A DNA stretch of 64,000 nt, from NCBI GenBank assembly GCA_965248925.1, contig CBDFLE010000005.1, forward strand, positions 1,536,001 through 1,600,000, written 5' to 3'. How positions within the stretch are numbered: the first letter of the stretch is position 1; each line of letters begins with the position of its first letter. This DNA comes from Candidatus Multivoradales bacterium (GTDB lineage Bacteria > Acidobacteriota > Thermoanaerobaculia > Multivoradales > J023). The notes below the pieces were generated by a model. The model saw only the letters and a program-made list of their open reading frames with translations. It was not told where the DNA came from and searched no databases. Both the position numbers and the translations under genes were made by a program. Below, piece by piece: positions 44,008-53,642 of this stretch.

Positions 44008-45450
44008 CTACTGCTCGCTCAGCACGTAGAGCGAGCGCTCGCCGCGCAGGATCAGATCCCCGCCAACCGCCAGCGGCGAGGCTGAGAAAGCGTCGTCTAG
44101 ATGATTGACCGCAAGCACTTCGGGGGTCGCCGCCAGCCGCAACACCACCACCGTGCCAGAGCGGTCGGCGATGTAGATCCGTCCTGCCGCGCCTAACGGC
44201 GAGGCGAAGACCTGGCGCAGGCCGGGAAGGCGAAGGGGCCCCAGGAAAGGCTCTCCAGTTGCCGCCTGCAAGCAGGTCAAGATTCCTTGCAGATGGCGCA
44301 GGAAGCAGAGCTTGCCGTCATAGAGCAGCGGCGAAGGCACGTAGGGGGTCAGCCGATCGATCGACCAGGCGACGGCATCGGTGCCGGTGATCTCGCCGCT
44401 AGCTTGGTCGAGCTTGATCGCCAACAATGCCTGATGGTCGTAGCTGTTACCGACGAAGACCAGGCCGTCCCCGGCCACCGGCGAGGCCACCACGTTGCGC
44501 GACAAGCCGGCCAACTGCCAGACCACCTCGCCAGTGGCCAGGTCATAGGCGCGTACCCGGTCGGTGGCGGCGATAACCACCTGCGCGCCACATGGCCGCG
44601 GCACGATCAGCGGTGTCGACCAGGAGGTGATCTCCTGGCGACTCACCCGCCAGCGCTCCTCGCCAGTATTTTTGTCGAGGGCAACGACGAAAGATTCGCC
44701 TTGATGATCCCAATTGACCACCAGTGCGTCCCCCCACAAAGCTGGCGACGAGCCCTCACCATGGCTGTGGCGAACCAGCATGTCGCCGAAGTCTTTCTGC
44801 CAACGGATCTTGCCCGCCTGATCGAGGGCGTAGAGTCCCTGAGAACCGAAAAAAGCCCACACCATCCGCCCGTCGGTCAGCGGCGAAGCCGAGGCCCAGC
44901 TAGCGGTGGCGTGGGTCGCGTCGTGCGGCTGTTGGTCGCGCACCGTGGTTTGCCACAATACCTTGCCGTCGCCGCGGTCGACAGCCATGACAATGAAACG
45001 CAGCCGGCGATCCGGCGCCAAGTTGTGGTGGGCGCCGTGGGCCTCCTCGGTCGCTACCTCTACGGTACCGCCGTGGGCCACCGCGGCGGTGAGGTAGATC
45101 CGCTGCCCCCACGCCACCGGCGTCGAATGGCCCAGCCCCGGCAGTTTCACTTTCAGTCGAATATGCCGCTCCTCGGACCATTCGACCGGTGGCTCGGCGG
45201 TCGGCGCCACCCCATTGGCAGCCGGGCCGCGCCATTGCGGCCACTGCTCGGCACCAGGAAAGTCTGCCACCGACCGACTCTCACAAGGAGACTTGGCCGC
45301 TGCCTCAGACGAACGCGGAGTGGCGGGCTGAGCTTCAGCTCGACCCACTGCCAACAGCAGCAAACAGCCAAGCAGGAGGGGCGAGCCGCGCTCCATGCTG
45401 CACTTGCTCACTGACCAACGCCGGCTGGCCAGGCTAATTTTTCCCTTCAT
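44008..45450 (-). CDS. Exported PQQ-binding-like beta-propeller protein (BamB-like repeats)
   Basis: Signal peptide, WPQWRGP, GHSTPV, ASPL, SWSTPL, YVPSPL, FSASP repeats; GAGG RBS before ATG 45450. Confidence 0.88.
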   Translation of the reverse strand: MKGKISLASRRWSVSKCSMERGSPLLLGCLLLLAVGRAEAQPATPRSSEAAAKSPCESRSVADFPGAEQWPQWRGPAANGVAPTAEPPVEWSEERHIRLKVKLPGLGHSTPVAWGQRIYLTAAVAHGGTVEVATEEAHGAHHNLAPDRRLRFIVMAVDRGDGKVLWQTTVRDQQPHDATHATASWASASPLTDGRMVWAFFGSQGLYALDQAGKIRWQKDFGDMLVRHSHGEGSSPALWGDALVVNWDHQGESFVVALDKNTGEERWRVSRQEITSWSTPLIVPRPCGAQVVIAATDRVRAYDLATGEVVWQLAGLSRNVVASPVAGDGLVFVGNSYDHQALLAIKLDQASGEITGTDAVAWSIDRLTPYVPSPLLYDGKLCFLRHLQGILTCLQAATGEPFLGPLRLPGLRQVFASPLGAAGRIYIADRSGTVVVLRLAATPEVLAVNHLDDAFSASPLAVGGDLILRGERSLYVLSEQ

Positions 45451-45789
45451 CAGTTACCTCTTGGCTCCCTTGGCATCATTGCAGTCCGAGGGTGGCACGA
45501 ATCGACCCGGAGAGCGCAGCAGGTCCAGGCCCTCGAGCCGCGAACCTATTTTCCTGTTCACCGCATCTTCCAGCAGCCAAATCCGTAGGAGCAAACAACA
45601 GACTTCAGCGAATCTCGGCGTCGCCACGGAAATCGCAGCGAGTAGACTATGCACACGCTACGAATAAGACCTGGCAAAGTCGCGTAACCACTTCTATCCC
45701 CGAGGCTCCCAGCCTTTGGGATCGAGCGAAACAAGCCCTCGGGCGCAGAGCCCCTGGCACAAATCACCAGAAACAGACGAGGAATTCCC

Positions 45790-46566
45790 ATGAGTCGCAA
45801 CTCGCGAGCCTTGCACAAGATCGCCCTAGCCGCTGGCGCCAGCCTGCTCCTGCTGACCCCTTTAGTCGCCGAAGACGCCCTGACTCTCGACCAAATCCTG
45901 GCCAAGAATTACGAGGCTCGCGGCGGCGTCGACCAGCTGCGAGCGCTCAAAAGCATGCGCACCACCGGCACCCTGGCCATGCAGGGCATGGTGATGCCGA
46001 TGACCATCGAAGCCAAGTCGGAGCAGTTCCGCCTTGAGATCAGCGTCCAGGGCAACAGCATCGTACAGGTGATTGATGTTGATAGCGGCTGGATGATCAA
46101 TCCGATGATGGGAAGCTCGGAGCCGCAGAAAATGCCCGACGACATGCTAAATGCGATGAGTGACCAGACCGATCTCTCCGGGCCGCTGGTCGATTGGCAA
46201 GAGAAGGGGCACACCGTCGAGCTGATCGGCCGCGAAGAGGTCGCAGGCACCGACGCCTATCACTTGAGGATCACCCTCAAGAGCGGCAACGTCACCGACC
46301 TCTATCTCGACGCCGAGCACTTCATCGAATTCCAGAGTGTCGGCAAGCGCACGATCAACGGCCAGGAACTCGAGAACACCACCACTCTCGGCGACTACAA
46401 AGAGGTCGACGGTCTGATGGTGGCACACTCGATCGAGGTCAAGACCGCCGGCATACCGGCCTCGCAGAGCATGACGCTGGAGAAGATCGAACTCAATGTC
46501 GATATCGCAGCAGACCGCTTCACCATGCCCGAGCCCACCCCGGCCGCCACTGGCACCGACGGCTAG
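45790..46566 (+). CDS. Exported conserved protein (LolA-like / outer-membrane lipoprotein-sorting fold)
   Basis: Signal peptide, LDQILAKNYEARGG..LRALKS, EEVAGTDAYHL, DYKEVDGLMVAH; GAGG RBS. Confidence 0.7.
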   Translation: MSRNSRALHKIALAAGASLLLLTPLVAEDALTLDQILAKNYEARGGVDQLRALKSMRTTGTLAMQGMVMPMTIEAKSEQFRLEISVQGNSIVQVIDVDSGWMINPMMGSSEPQKMPDDMLNAMSDQTDLSGPLVDWQEKGHTVELIGREEVAGTDAYHLRITLKSGNVTDLYLDAEHFIEFQSVGKRTINGQELENTTTLGDYKEVDGLMVAHSIEVKTAGIPASQSMTLEKIELNVDIAADRFTMPEPTPAATGTDG

Positions 46567-46584
46567 AACGCGGAGCGCGAGACC

Positions 46585-49500
46585 ATGGACCGATCGATCA
46601 GCTGGCTGCGCCCCGCATTCTTGGCGGCAACTCTCTTAACTCCTGCCGTGTTGGCTCCGGTGACGCTCTACGCTACCGCCGGCTTCGATTCCAACACCTT
46701 CGGCGCCTTGCGAGCCCGGCCGATCGGCCCAGCGGTGATGGGTGGCCGGGTGGCATCGCTCGATGCCATTCCCGGCGATCCTCTCACCCTCTATGTTGGC
46801 GCTGCCGGTGGCGGTCTGTGGAAATCCGCCGACGGTGGCATCAGCTTCACCGCCATCTTTGACGATCACAATCAGTCGATTGGCGCCATCAAGGTCGACC
46901 CCTCAGCTAGCGATACTCTGTGGGTAGGTACCGGCGAGTCCTGGACCCGCAACAGCGTGTCGGTCGGCGAAGGGGTGTTCAAAAGCACCGACGGCGGCGA
47001 CAGCTGGAACTTGGTGGGACTCGAGAATAGCGAGCGCATCAGCGAAATCTTGGTCCATCCCGAAGACAGCGCCACGGTTTGGGTGTGCGCCACCGGCCAG
47101 CTGTGGAGCGGTAACGAGGAACGCGGCGTCTTCCGCACCACCGATGGCGGCGAGACTTGGAAGAAAGCCCTCTACGTCGATGCCGACACCGGCTGCGCCG
47201 ACCTCGACATCGATCCCCAAGATCCGTCGATCCTCTACGCCTCCATGTGGCAATTCCGCCGCTCACCCGACTTCTTCAACTCCGGCGGCCCTGGAAGCGG
47301 TCTCTACAAGTCGGTCGATAGCGGCGAATCTTGGCGCCGGCTCGAGCAAGGTTTGCCTAGCGGCGAGTTGGGGCGCATCGCCATCGCAGTCGCCCCCTCG
47401 CGGCCGAATCTGGTCTACGCCACCATCGAGGCCGAGCACAGCGCCCTCTATCGCTCCGACGATCTGGGCGAGAGTTGGAGAATGGTCAACGACTCCACGA
47501 TAGTGACTCTGCGACCGTTCTACTTCGGCCTTCTACGGGTCGACCCCAGCGACTACCGGCGGCTCTACAAACCAGGTTTCTTTCTGGCGGTTAGTACGGA
47601 CAGCGGTGAGAGCTTCAACATGCAGATTGGCGGCACCCACCCCGACCACCACGCCCTGTGGATCGACCCTGGCAACGCCAAACATCTGCTCCTCGGCACC
47701 GATGGCGGAGTCTACGAGTCCTTCGACCACGGCACTGGATGGCGCCATCTCAACCAGTTGCCTATCAGCCAGTTCTACCGTGTTTCCCACGACCTCGAAG
47801 AGCCCTACAACGTCTACGGTGGTCTGCAAGACAACGGTACTTGGACCGCACCCTCACGCGGGGCGGGCGGGATCTTCGCCCGAGATTGGCAGAATATTGG
47901 CTTTGGCGACGGTTTTTGGGCCTTTGCCGATCCCCAGGATCCGCGGATCAACTTTGTCGAATTCCAGGGTGGCCAACTGCTACGGGTAGACCGCGAAACT
48001 CAAGAGACGAAGTGGATCCAGCCCTTTGCCGAAGGCGAGCAGGAGCGCTTGCGCTTCAACTGGAACACCCCGATCCACCTCAGCCCCAACGACCCCAAGA
48101 CTCTCTACTACGGCTCCCAGCACCTCCACCGTTCCCGTGATCGGGGGGATTCGTGGTCGACCATCTCGCCGGATCTGACCACCGACGACCCGGCCAAGCA
48201 GCGTCAGCACGAGTCTGGCGGTTTGTCGATCGACAACTCGACGGCCGAGAATCATTGCTCGATCTACACCATCTCAGAGTCGCCAAAAGACCCCAAGGTT
48301 CTGTGGGTAGGTACCGACGACGGCAACCTCCAGCTCAGCCGCGACGCCGGCCAGAGTTGGACCAACGTCACCCAGGAGATACCCGACCTGCCACCAAACA
48401 CCTGGGTTTCCTTCGTTAGCGCCAGCCCGCACGACGCCGGCACGGCCTTTGTCACCTTCGATGGTCATCGCAGCGGCGACCCAACGCCGCGGCTCTATCG
48501 CACCACCGATTTCGGCGCCACCTGGCACTCGTTGATCGGCCACGATGCGGAGAGCCAATCCCCCGAAGTCAAAGGCTACACCCACGTCATCAAGCAAGAT
48601 CCGGTGAATCCTGACCTGCTCTTCCTGGGCACCGAATTCGGCCTCTACCTAAGCCTCGACGGCGGCCAAGATTGGGCTCGTTTCAAGGAGAACCTGCCGC
48701 CGGTGTCGGTGCGCGATCTGTCGATCCACCCCACCGAGCACGATCTGATTCTCGCCACCCACGGACGCGGCATCTACATCATTGACGACATCACCCCGCT
48801 GCGCGCCCTGCGTCCGGAGATGCTCGACGAAAAGCTAGTCCTGTTGCCATCACGGCCAACCAAGATGCCCCTCGGCGGCGGCCTACAGCTATTCGGCGGC
48901 TCGGGAGAGTTCGTCGGTGAAAACCCACCGGCCGACGCCGCGATTACTTACTACTTAAAGAAACGCCATCTCTTCGGCGATTTCAAGATCGAGATTTTCA
49001 GCCAGGATGGGGAACTCATCACCACCCTGCCAGCGAAAAAGCGACCGGGCCTCAACCGGGTTGGCTGGCCGATGCGGCTGAAACCCCCCAAGCTAGCCCG
49101 CGCCACCAATCTGGTGCCGGTTTTTGGCGGCCCGCGAGTCCCCGAAGGGACCTATCGAGTGAAGTTGATCAAGGGCAAGCAGACCGTCGAGGGCGAAGTG
49201 CAACTGGTCGCCGATCCACGCTCGCCGCACGCGGCCGCAGATCGTGCCCTACAGCAGAGCAAGGCGCTCGAGATCTACCACGCTCTGGCGGATCTGACTT
49301 ACCTGACCGAAAGCCTCGACGAACTCGACCAGGCAATGACGAAGCGCCGAGAAGGCCTGGCTGAGAAAGGCCGCCTGGCCCGCGACCTCGATCAGCTGAG
49401 CGAACACCTGGAGGAAACGCTCGGTCAGCTGGTGTCACGCTCCAAGGCCGGCCGCCTATCGGGCGATGTGCAGCTGCGCGAGAAGCTCGGCGCCCTATTC

Positions 49501-49806
49501 GGCGCGGTCAGCACCTACGATGGCCGGCCCACCGATTCTCAGCTCGGCCGCACAGATACTCTGCTCCGCCAGATGCAGCAGCTCGGCGAGACCGCCGACA
49601 GCTACCTTGCCGAAGCCCTGCCGGCACTCAACAGACAGCTCGAGCGCAAGCAGCTGCAACCCTTGGAACGGCTTTCACGCCGAGCCTGGGAAGAGCGAGA
49701 CGATGGGAGTGGCACCTCGACGGCTGGAAGCACGGCCGGAGTGCTCAATCGTCAGCAACGTAGGCTGCTAGCGGCAGCCACCAAGCTGGCTTGGTTAGCT
49801 TTTTAG
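46585..49806 (+). CDS. VPS10/sortilin-like BNR (Asp-box) repeat beta-propeller protein (often annotated glycosyl hydrolase)
   Basis: Signal peptide, RPIGPAVMGGRV, many SxDxGxxW Asp boxes, YGGLQDNG, RFNWNTP, ATHGRG, helical C-terminus. Confidence 0.9.
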   Translation: MDRSISWLRPAFLAATLLTPAVLAPVTLYATAGFDSNTFGALRARPIGPAVMGGRVASLDAIPGDPLTLYVGAAGGGLWKSADGGISFTAIFDDHNQSIGAIKVDPSASDTLWVGTGESWTRNSVSVGEGVFKSTDGGDSWNLVGLENSERISEILVHPEDSATVWVCATGQLWSGNEERGVFRTTDGGETWKKALYVDADTGCADLDIDPQDPSILYASMWQFRRSPDFFNSGGPGSGLYKSVDSGESWRRLEQGLPSGELGRIAIAVAPSRPNLVYATIEAEHSALYRSDDLGESWRMVNDSTIVTLRPFYFGLLRVDPSDYRRLYKPGFFLAVSTDSGESFNMQIGGTHPDHHALWIDPGNAKHLLLGTDGGVYESFDHGTGWRHLNQLPISQFYRVSHDLEEPYNVYGGLQDNGTWTAPSRGAGGIFARDWQNIGFGDGFWAFADPQDPRINFVEFQGGQLLRVDRETQETKWIQPFAEGEQERLRFNWNTPIHLSPNDPKTLYYGSQHLHRSRDRGDSWSTISPDLTTDDPAKQRQHESGGLSIDNSTAENHCSIYTISESPKDPKVLWVGTDDGNLQLSRDAGQSWTNVTQEIPDLPPNTWVSFVSASPHDAGTAFVTFDGHRSGDPTPRLYRTTDFGATWHSLIGHDAESQSPEVKGYTHVIKQDPVNPDLLFLGTEFGLYLSLDGGQDWARFKENLPPVSVRDLSIHPTEHDLILATHGRGIYIIDDITPLRALRPEMLDEKLVLLPSRPTKMPLGGGLQLFGGSGEFVGENPPADAAITYYLKKRHLFGDFKIEIFSQDGELITTLPAKKRPGLNRVGWPMRLKPPKLARATNLVPVFGGPRVPEGTYRVKLIKGKQTVEGEVQLVADPRSPHAAADRALQQSKALEIYHALADLTYLTESLDELDQAMTKRREGLAEKGRLARDLDQLSEHLEETLGQLVSRSKAGRLSGDVQLREKLGALFGAVSTYDGRPTDSQLGRTDTLLRQMQQLGETADSYLAEALPALNRQLERKQLQPLERLSRRAWEERDDGSGTSTAGSTAGVLNRQQRRLLAAATKLAWLAF

Positions 49807-50090
49807 CAGCCACCGCGGCCATCGAAGCGGGGCGCAGGTTTTGCGCCCCAAAAAAGCCCCCTTCCCACCAAAAAGTGTCAATCATATTTTGGGGAAAGTG
49901 GGTAGTGGGCCTCCAGAGTTCGAAAACCGCTAGTCCATGCATTCCGTGAGGCAATCTGGGAAAATCAACTAGGCCCGATTTGCTGATTTGCGGCCGCGGA
50001 TCCTGAGAGGATTCAAAGTGGCCGCTTTCCGGGCGGTCCGTGGCAACAGTCAACCGCTTGGCATTGGAGCTACCCCGGTTTGGTGGACAG

Positions 50091-50279
50091 TTAATCTCTT
50101 CGAACCTCCGTCGCCTTCGGGGGTGTTTGGAGCTGTGGGAAACGCGTAGCGTTTTCCAAGCAGATGCGGTGATCGCTCAGCGATTTCCGCAGGAGCGGCA
50201 GCATGCGGCCTTGCAAGATACGGCAGGTGGTTTCGACGAGGGTTCCCGGTTCTGCGATGTAGCGAAATCTGCTTGGCAT
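50091..50279 (-). pseudogene. Probable N-terminal remnant of a Y1/REP-associated tyrosine transposase
   Basis: Strong RBS (AAGGAG) then MPSRFRYIAEPGTLVETTCRILQGRML, resembling RAYT-like N-termini. No HUH motif or catalytic Tyr follows. Assignment is by recalled similarity only. Confidence 0.45.
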
Positions 50280-50361
50280 TGGGTGTCTCCTTATTCGAAA
50301 GGAGAGGTGAAACGCTTGGGCAATCTTGTCCTGAGGTTGAAGAAACTTCGGCCGCGCGGCC

Positions 50362-51840
50362 TCAGAAGCCAGCGGTTTCCGGGCGCTGGTAGGTCATCAA
50401 TCGCTGTAGCACCTTGAGTTCCAGCGGCAAGGCGTAGATCCGCGTGTGGTAGCGCCAGCCGGCGGCCGCCTTGAGAATCCATCGCCAAGCTCCAGAGAGG
50501 CGAATATCGGTGGAAGTCGGATAGTAGGCGTTGAGCACTTTCTCGAAGTTGCGAATGCGGCGGTGGATCGGGTCGCGCATCCAGGGCAGGCCCTCCGCGC
50601 GGCGCTGCGAAAACTCCCGCCATTGCGGGTCGACCCAGCCCTCTAAGGTGTCGGGAAAAGCAAAGCCGGACGCCTTGGCCCGGTCATAGAGTTCCCCCGA
50701 CAGTGGCACCGGCGTGTAGAGATAGAAGATGATCTCGGTCGCCGGATTGATCTTCTTCAACCGGCGAATCAGCTTCAAAGTGGCAGCGGCATCGGCTTCT
50801 GGGTCGGGTGGGTTGCCGAGCACGAAAGAGAGTTCTGGAACGATACCGAGACGCTTCATCTTGGCGACGATTTCGAGCGTCTTCGCCACCGACGCGGTGC
50901 CCCCCTTGTCCATTCGCTGCAAGGTAGCGTCGGAGCCGGATTCGGCACCCAAGAAGACCATTCTCAGCCCACTGCGACGCATCAGCTGCCACGACTTGTC
51001 GCTGTATTTGAGCAAGGTGTCGATGCGCGCCTCGCCCCACCACTGGATGCCAAGGTCCATGATGCGCTCGCAGAACTCGGTGGTACGCGCTTGGTGAACG
51101 AAGAAATTATTGTCGAAGAATTCCACCGAGTCGGCGCCAAATTCTTCCACCAAACGGCGAGTCGCTGCGGCGGTGCGCTTGGCCGACTGCGGCAGCCAAC
51201 CACCCTTGACCATGTTTACCACGGCGCAGAAGTTGCACAAGAACGGGCAACCGTAGGACGAGTGGTGCGACATCGTGCGCTCGCCCATGAAAGTGCGGCG
51301 AGCGTAGCGCCTCATCTCTACTCGATGGTAGGGAAAGTCGGGCAGTTCTTCAGGCTCGGGAATCACCGGCATGCCGGTGGTGGTGGGCTCGCCGCTGGTG
51401 GCATCACGGAACGCCAGCCCTTTCAAGTCAATCAGCTCGGCACCTCCATCGAGCCGGCAGAGCAGGTCACGGAAGACGCACTCGCCATGACCGCGCACCA
51501 CGTAGTCGACGTAGCTCGCCCGCAGCACGACCTGCCAATGCTGGGTGGGGAAATAACCGCCCCAGACAATGATCAAGTCTGGGAATAGCGCCTTGAGCTG
51601 GCGGCAGAGCGGGACCGCGTGCTCAAGCTGAGGTCCAGGCATCACGGTGAGCGCCAAGATGCGGACCTCGTCGCGGCGAATCTGCCGGCTGAGTTCCGCC
51701 TCACCGTCGGTAAGCAAATTGCCATCGACTATCCGGTAGGCAACGTCCGAATCCTCCAACAGCGCCCCCAGGGCGAGCAGCGACATCGGCAAAATAGGTT
51801 TCTTGTTGGCTGAACTCGGCGGGTTGTAGAGCAGCAGCAT
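50362..51840 (-). CDS. B12-binding-domain radical SAM protein (class B type)
   Basis: N-terminal B12-binding-like region (PMSLLALGA...VWGGYFPT...DYVVRGHGE), CPFLCNFC (CxxxCxxC), FFDNNF, LGAESGS. Confidence 0.92.
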   Translation of the reverse strand: MLLLYNPPSSANKKPILPMSLLALGALLEDSDVAYRIVDGNLLTDGEAELSRQIRRDEVRILALTVMPGPQLEHAVPLCRQLKALFPDLIIVWGGYFPTQHWQVVLRASYVDYVVRGHGECVFRDLLCRLDGGAELIDLKGLAFRDATSGEPTTTGMPVIPEPEELPDFPYHRVEMRRYARRTFMGERTMSHHSSYGCPFLCNFCAVVNMVKGGWLPQSAKRTAAATRRLVEEFGADSVEFFDNNFFVHQARTTEFCERIMDLGIQWWGEARIDTLLKYSDKSWQLMRRSGLRMVFLGAESGSDATLQRMDKGGTASVAKTLEIVAKMKRLGIVPELSFVLGNPPDPEADAAATLKLIRRLKKINPATEIIFYLYTPVPLSGELYDRAKASGFAFPDTLEGWVDPQWREFSQRRAEGLPWMRDPIHRRIRNFEKVLNAYYPTSTDIRLSGAWRWILKAAAGWRYHTRIYALPLELKVLQRLMTYQRPETAGF

Positions 51841-51852
51841 GGCACCAGGCTA

Positions 51853-51894
51853 AGTTGCGATCAGGTTGCGATCCGAAATTGCGGTCAAGTTGCG
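51853..51894. repeat. Four TTGCG-core direct repeats in the divergent rSAM/GT intergenic region
   Basis: TTGCG at 51855, 51866, 51879 and 51890 (AAGTTGCGATC, AGGTTGCGATC, AAATTGCGGTC, AAGTTGCGCGG). Confidence 0.6.
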
Positions 51895-52022
51895 CGGCGA
51901 CCAGGAGGGCTATCGGCGATCACACCGTGCGATCCTCCTCCGCGCTAGCATAAGTTACCAGGAACCGGTAGATTCGGCGGCGTTTTCTGCTTCTGGACGG
52001 CCGACATGCCGATTGCGACACC

Positions 52023-53642
52023 ATGTTTCTCGATGCCCTAAAAGAGTTCAGCTGGGTACTGCGTGCACGTCTGCGTGATCGCGGCTCCGAGGTCTGCCTG
52101 ACCGACGGCTGGCACGGCCTGGAAGTTGGCCGGGTGGGCTTCTTTCGTTGGTCCTCCAAACTCGCCAAGCTAGAACTCGAGGGACCGCGGCTGGGCCGTG
52201 TCCGCCTCCACCTCTACTCCCAAGTGCCCACCCACTGCACAGTCCGAATCGGCGGCGAACCAGCGGCCGAGGCCGAAGTGGAAGGCTTCGCCAAAGTAGA
52301 ACTCGAGGTCGGTGGCGCCGACCGCGCCGAACTCGAGATCGAAGTCGATCGCACCTGGAGTTCGGGCGACCCCACCGAACGAGAGTTGGGGATCTCGTTG
52401 GTCGAGCTTCGGTTCGACAGCGCCCGCGGCGAGCGTCGGGCCAGCCTGCGGCAAACCCGCACGAGCGTTCGCACCGTCGTCGTTGCGACTTCGCGAGCCC
52501 CGTTCGAAGACAGTGGCGGCAACGTTTATATGGCTGAGACACTGGTCCGCCAACTACGCCTGGCCGGCTTCAGGGCGACGGTGTTCTACACCCCGCAGAA
52601 CGCCCATCACTTATTTTGGCCACTGCTCGGCGGCTACCTCGCCAACGCCGCCACCGACCTGGGTCACTATGACGACATCGACCTAGTGATCAGCCTGCGC
52701 TATCCGAGCTACGCCGTCCGCCATCCCAATCACGTCACCTGGCTGACCCATCGGCAGCGTGAATTCTACGATCTCTGGCAGTCCCGCGAACCCCTTTGGC
52801 CGGCCCGGGCGCGGCTGTTGCGGCGCTTGCAGCGGCCGTTGATCCACGCCCTCGACCGCCATTTGCTGCGCCGACGGCCGCGGCGGGTTTTCGCCCTGTC
52901 GGCCAACGTCCAGGCTCGCTTACAGCGCTGGGGCAAGATCGACTCACGGATCCTGCACATGCCACCGGTCGGAGATCAGCTTTACAGCGGACGCAACGAA
53001 CCCTACATCCTGACGGTCTCCAGATTGGCCGAGCTAAAACGCATCCATCTGCTGATCGCAGCGATGGCCCGACTCAACGACCGCGAGATGCGCTGCATCA
53101 TTGTCGGCACCGGCCCCCAACACCAGCACCTTGCCCGCTTGATCAGCGAGCACCATCTAGATGACCGCGTCGAGTTAGTCGGCTTTGCCGAGGATGCCCA
53201 GCTGACCGAGCTTTACGCCCACTGCCGAGCAGTGTTCTTCGGCCCCTATGACGAGGATTTCGGCTTGGTGACGGTCGAGGCGATGAAGAGCCGCAAGCCA
53301 GTGATCACTTGCACCGACAGCGGCGGCCCCCTCGAGTTGGTGCGCCACCAAGTCAACGGCTTGGTGGTCGAACCCGAGGCCGCCGCCATCGCCGCTGCCA
53401 TCGACCATCTGGCCAGCGAACCCCACAGCGCCCAGGCGCTCGGTGAGCAAGGTTACGAAACGGTCCGCTGTATCACTTGGCAGCGGGTGATCGAGCAGCT
53501 GACCAGCACCGAGAGTGAGGCTTGGGCCACCAGCCCTGCCCAACGCGCCAGCAGTGAGGCCAACAGCGAGGCCAACAGTGAGGCCAACAGTGATTCCGCC
53601 TCCCCCCTAAAGCCAGCGATCCTGAGTCGGAAAGATGCCTGA
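52023..53642 (+). CDS. GT4 glycosyltransferase with an N-terminal beta-rich accessory domain
   Basis: SRLAELKRI, EDFGLVTVEAM..KPVIT..SGGPLELV, VNGLVV; N-terminal DGWHGLE...FFRWS...ELGISL domain. Confidence 0.9.
   Translation: MFLDALKEFSWVLRARLRDRGSEVCLTDGWHGLEVGRVGFFRWSSKLAKLELEGPRLGRVRLHLYSQVPTHCTVRIGGEPAAEAEVEGFAKVELEVGGADRAELEIEVDRTWSSGDPTERELGISLVELRFDSARGERRASLRQTRTSVRTVVVATSRAPFEDSGGNVYMAETLVRQLRLAGFRATVFYTPQNAHHLFWPLLGGYLANAATDLGHYDDIDLVISLRYPSYAVRHPNHVTWLTHRQREFYDLWQSREPLWPARARLLRRLQRPLIHALDRHLLRRRPRRVFALSANVQARLQRWGKIDSRILHMPPVGDQLYSGRNEPYILTVSRLAELKRIHLLIAAMARLNDREMRCIIVGTGPQHQHLARLISEHHLDDRVELVGFAEDAQLTELYAHCRAVFFGPYDEDFGLVTVEAMKSRKPVITCTDSGGPLELVRHQVNGLVVEPEAAAIAAAIDHLASEPHSAQALGEQGYETVRCITWQRVIEQLTSTESEAWATSPAQRASSEANSEANSEANSDSASPLKPAILSRKDA
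53553..53592 (+). repeat. In-frame 12-bp tandem repeat (AGYGAGGCCAAC)x3 encoding SEAN-SEAN-SEAN
   Basis: Read directly in the GT4 C-terminal tail. Confidence 0.85.

Noticed and set aside
49829-49855. Hairpin plus A6 as an intrinsic terminator
   Set aside because: The A-run is 3' of the stem on the plus strand, so neither strand has a U-tract after the hairpin.
53553-53592. SEAN x3 repeat as a phase-variation switch
   Set aside because: The 12-bp unit keeps the frame and lies in a probably disordered tail; copy change would not switch expression.
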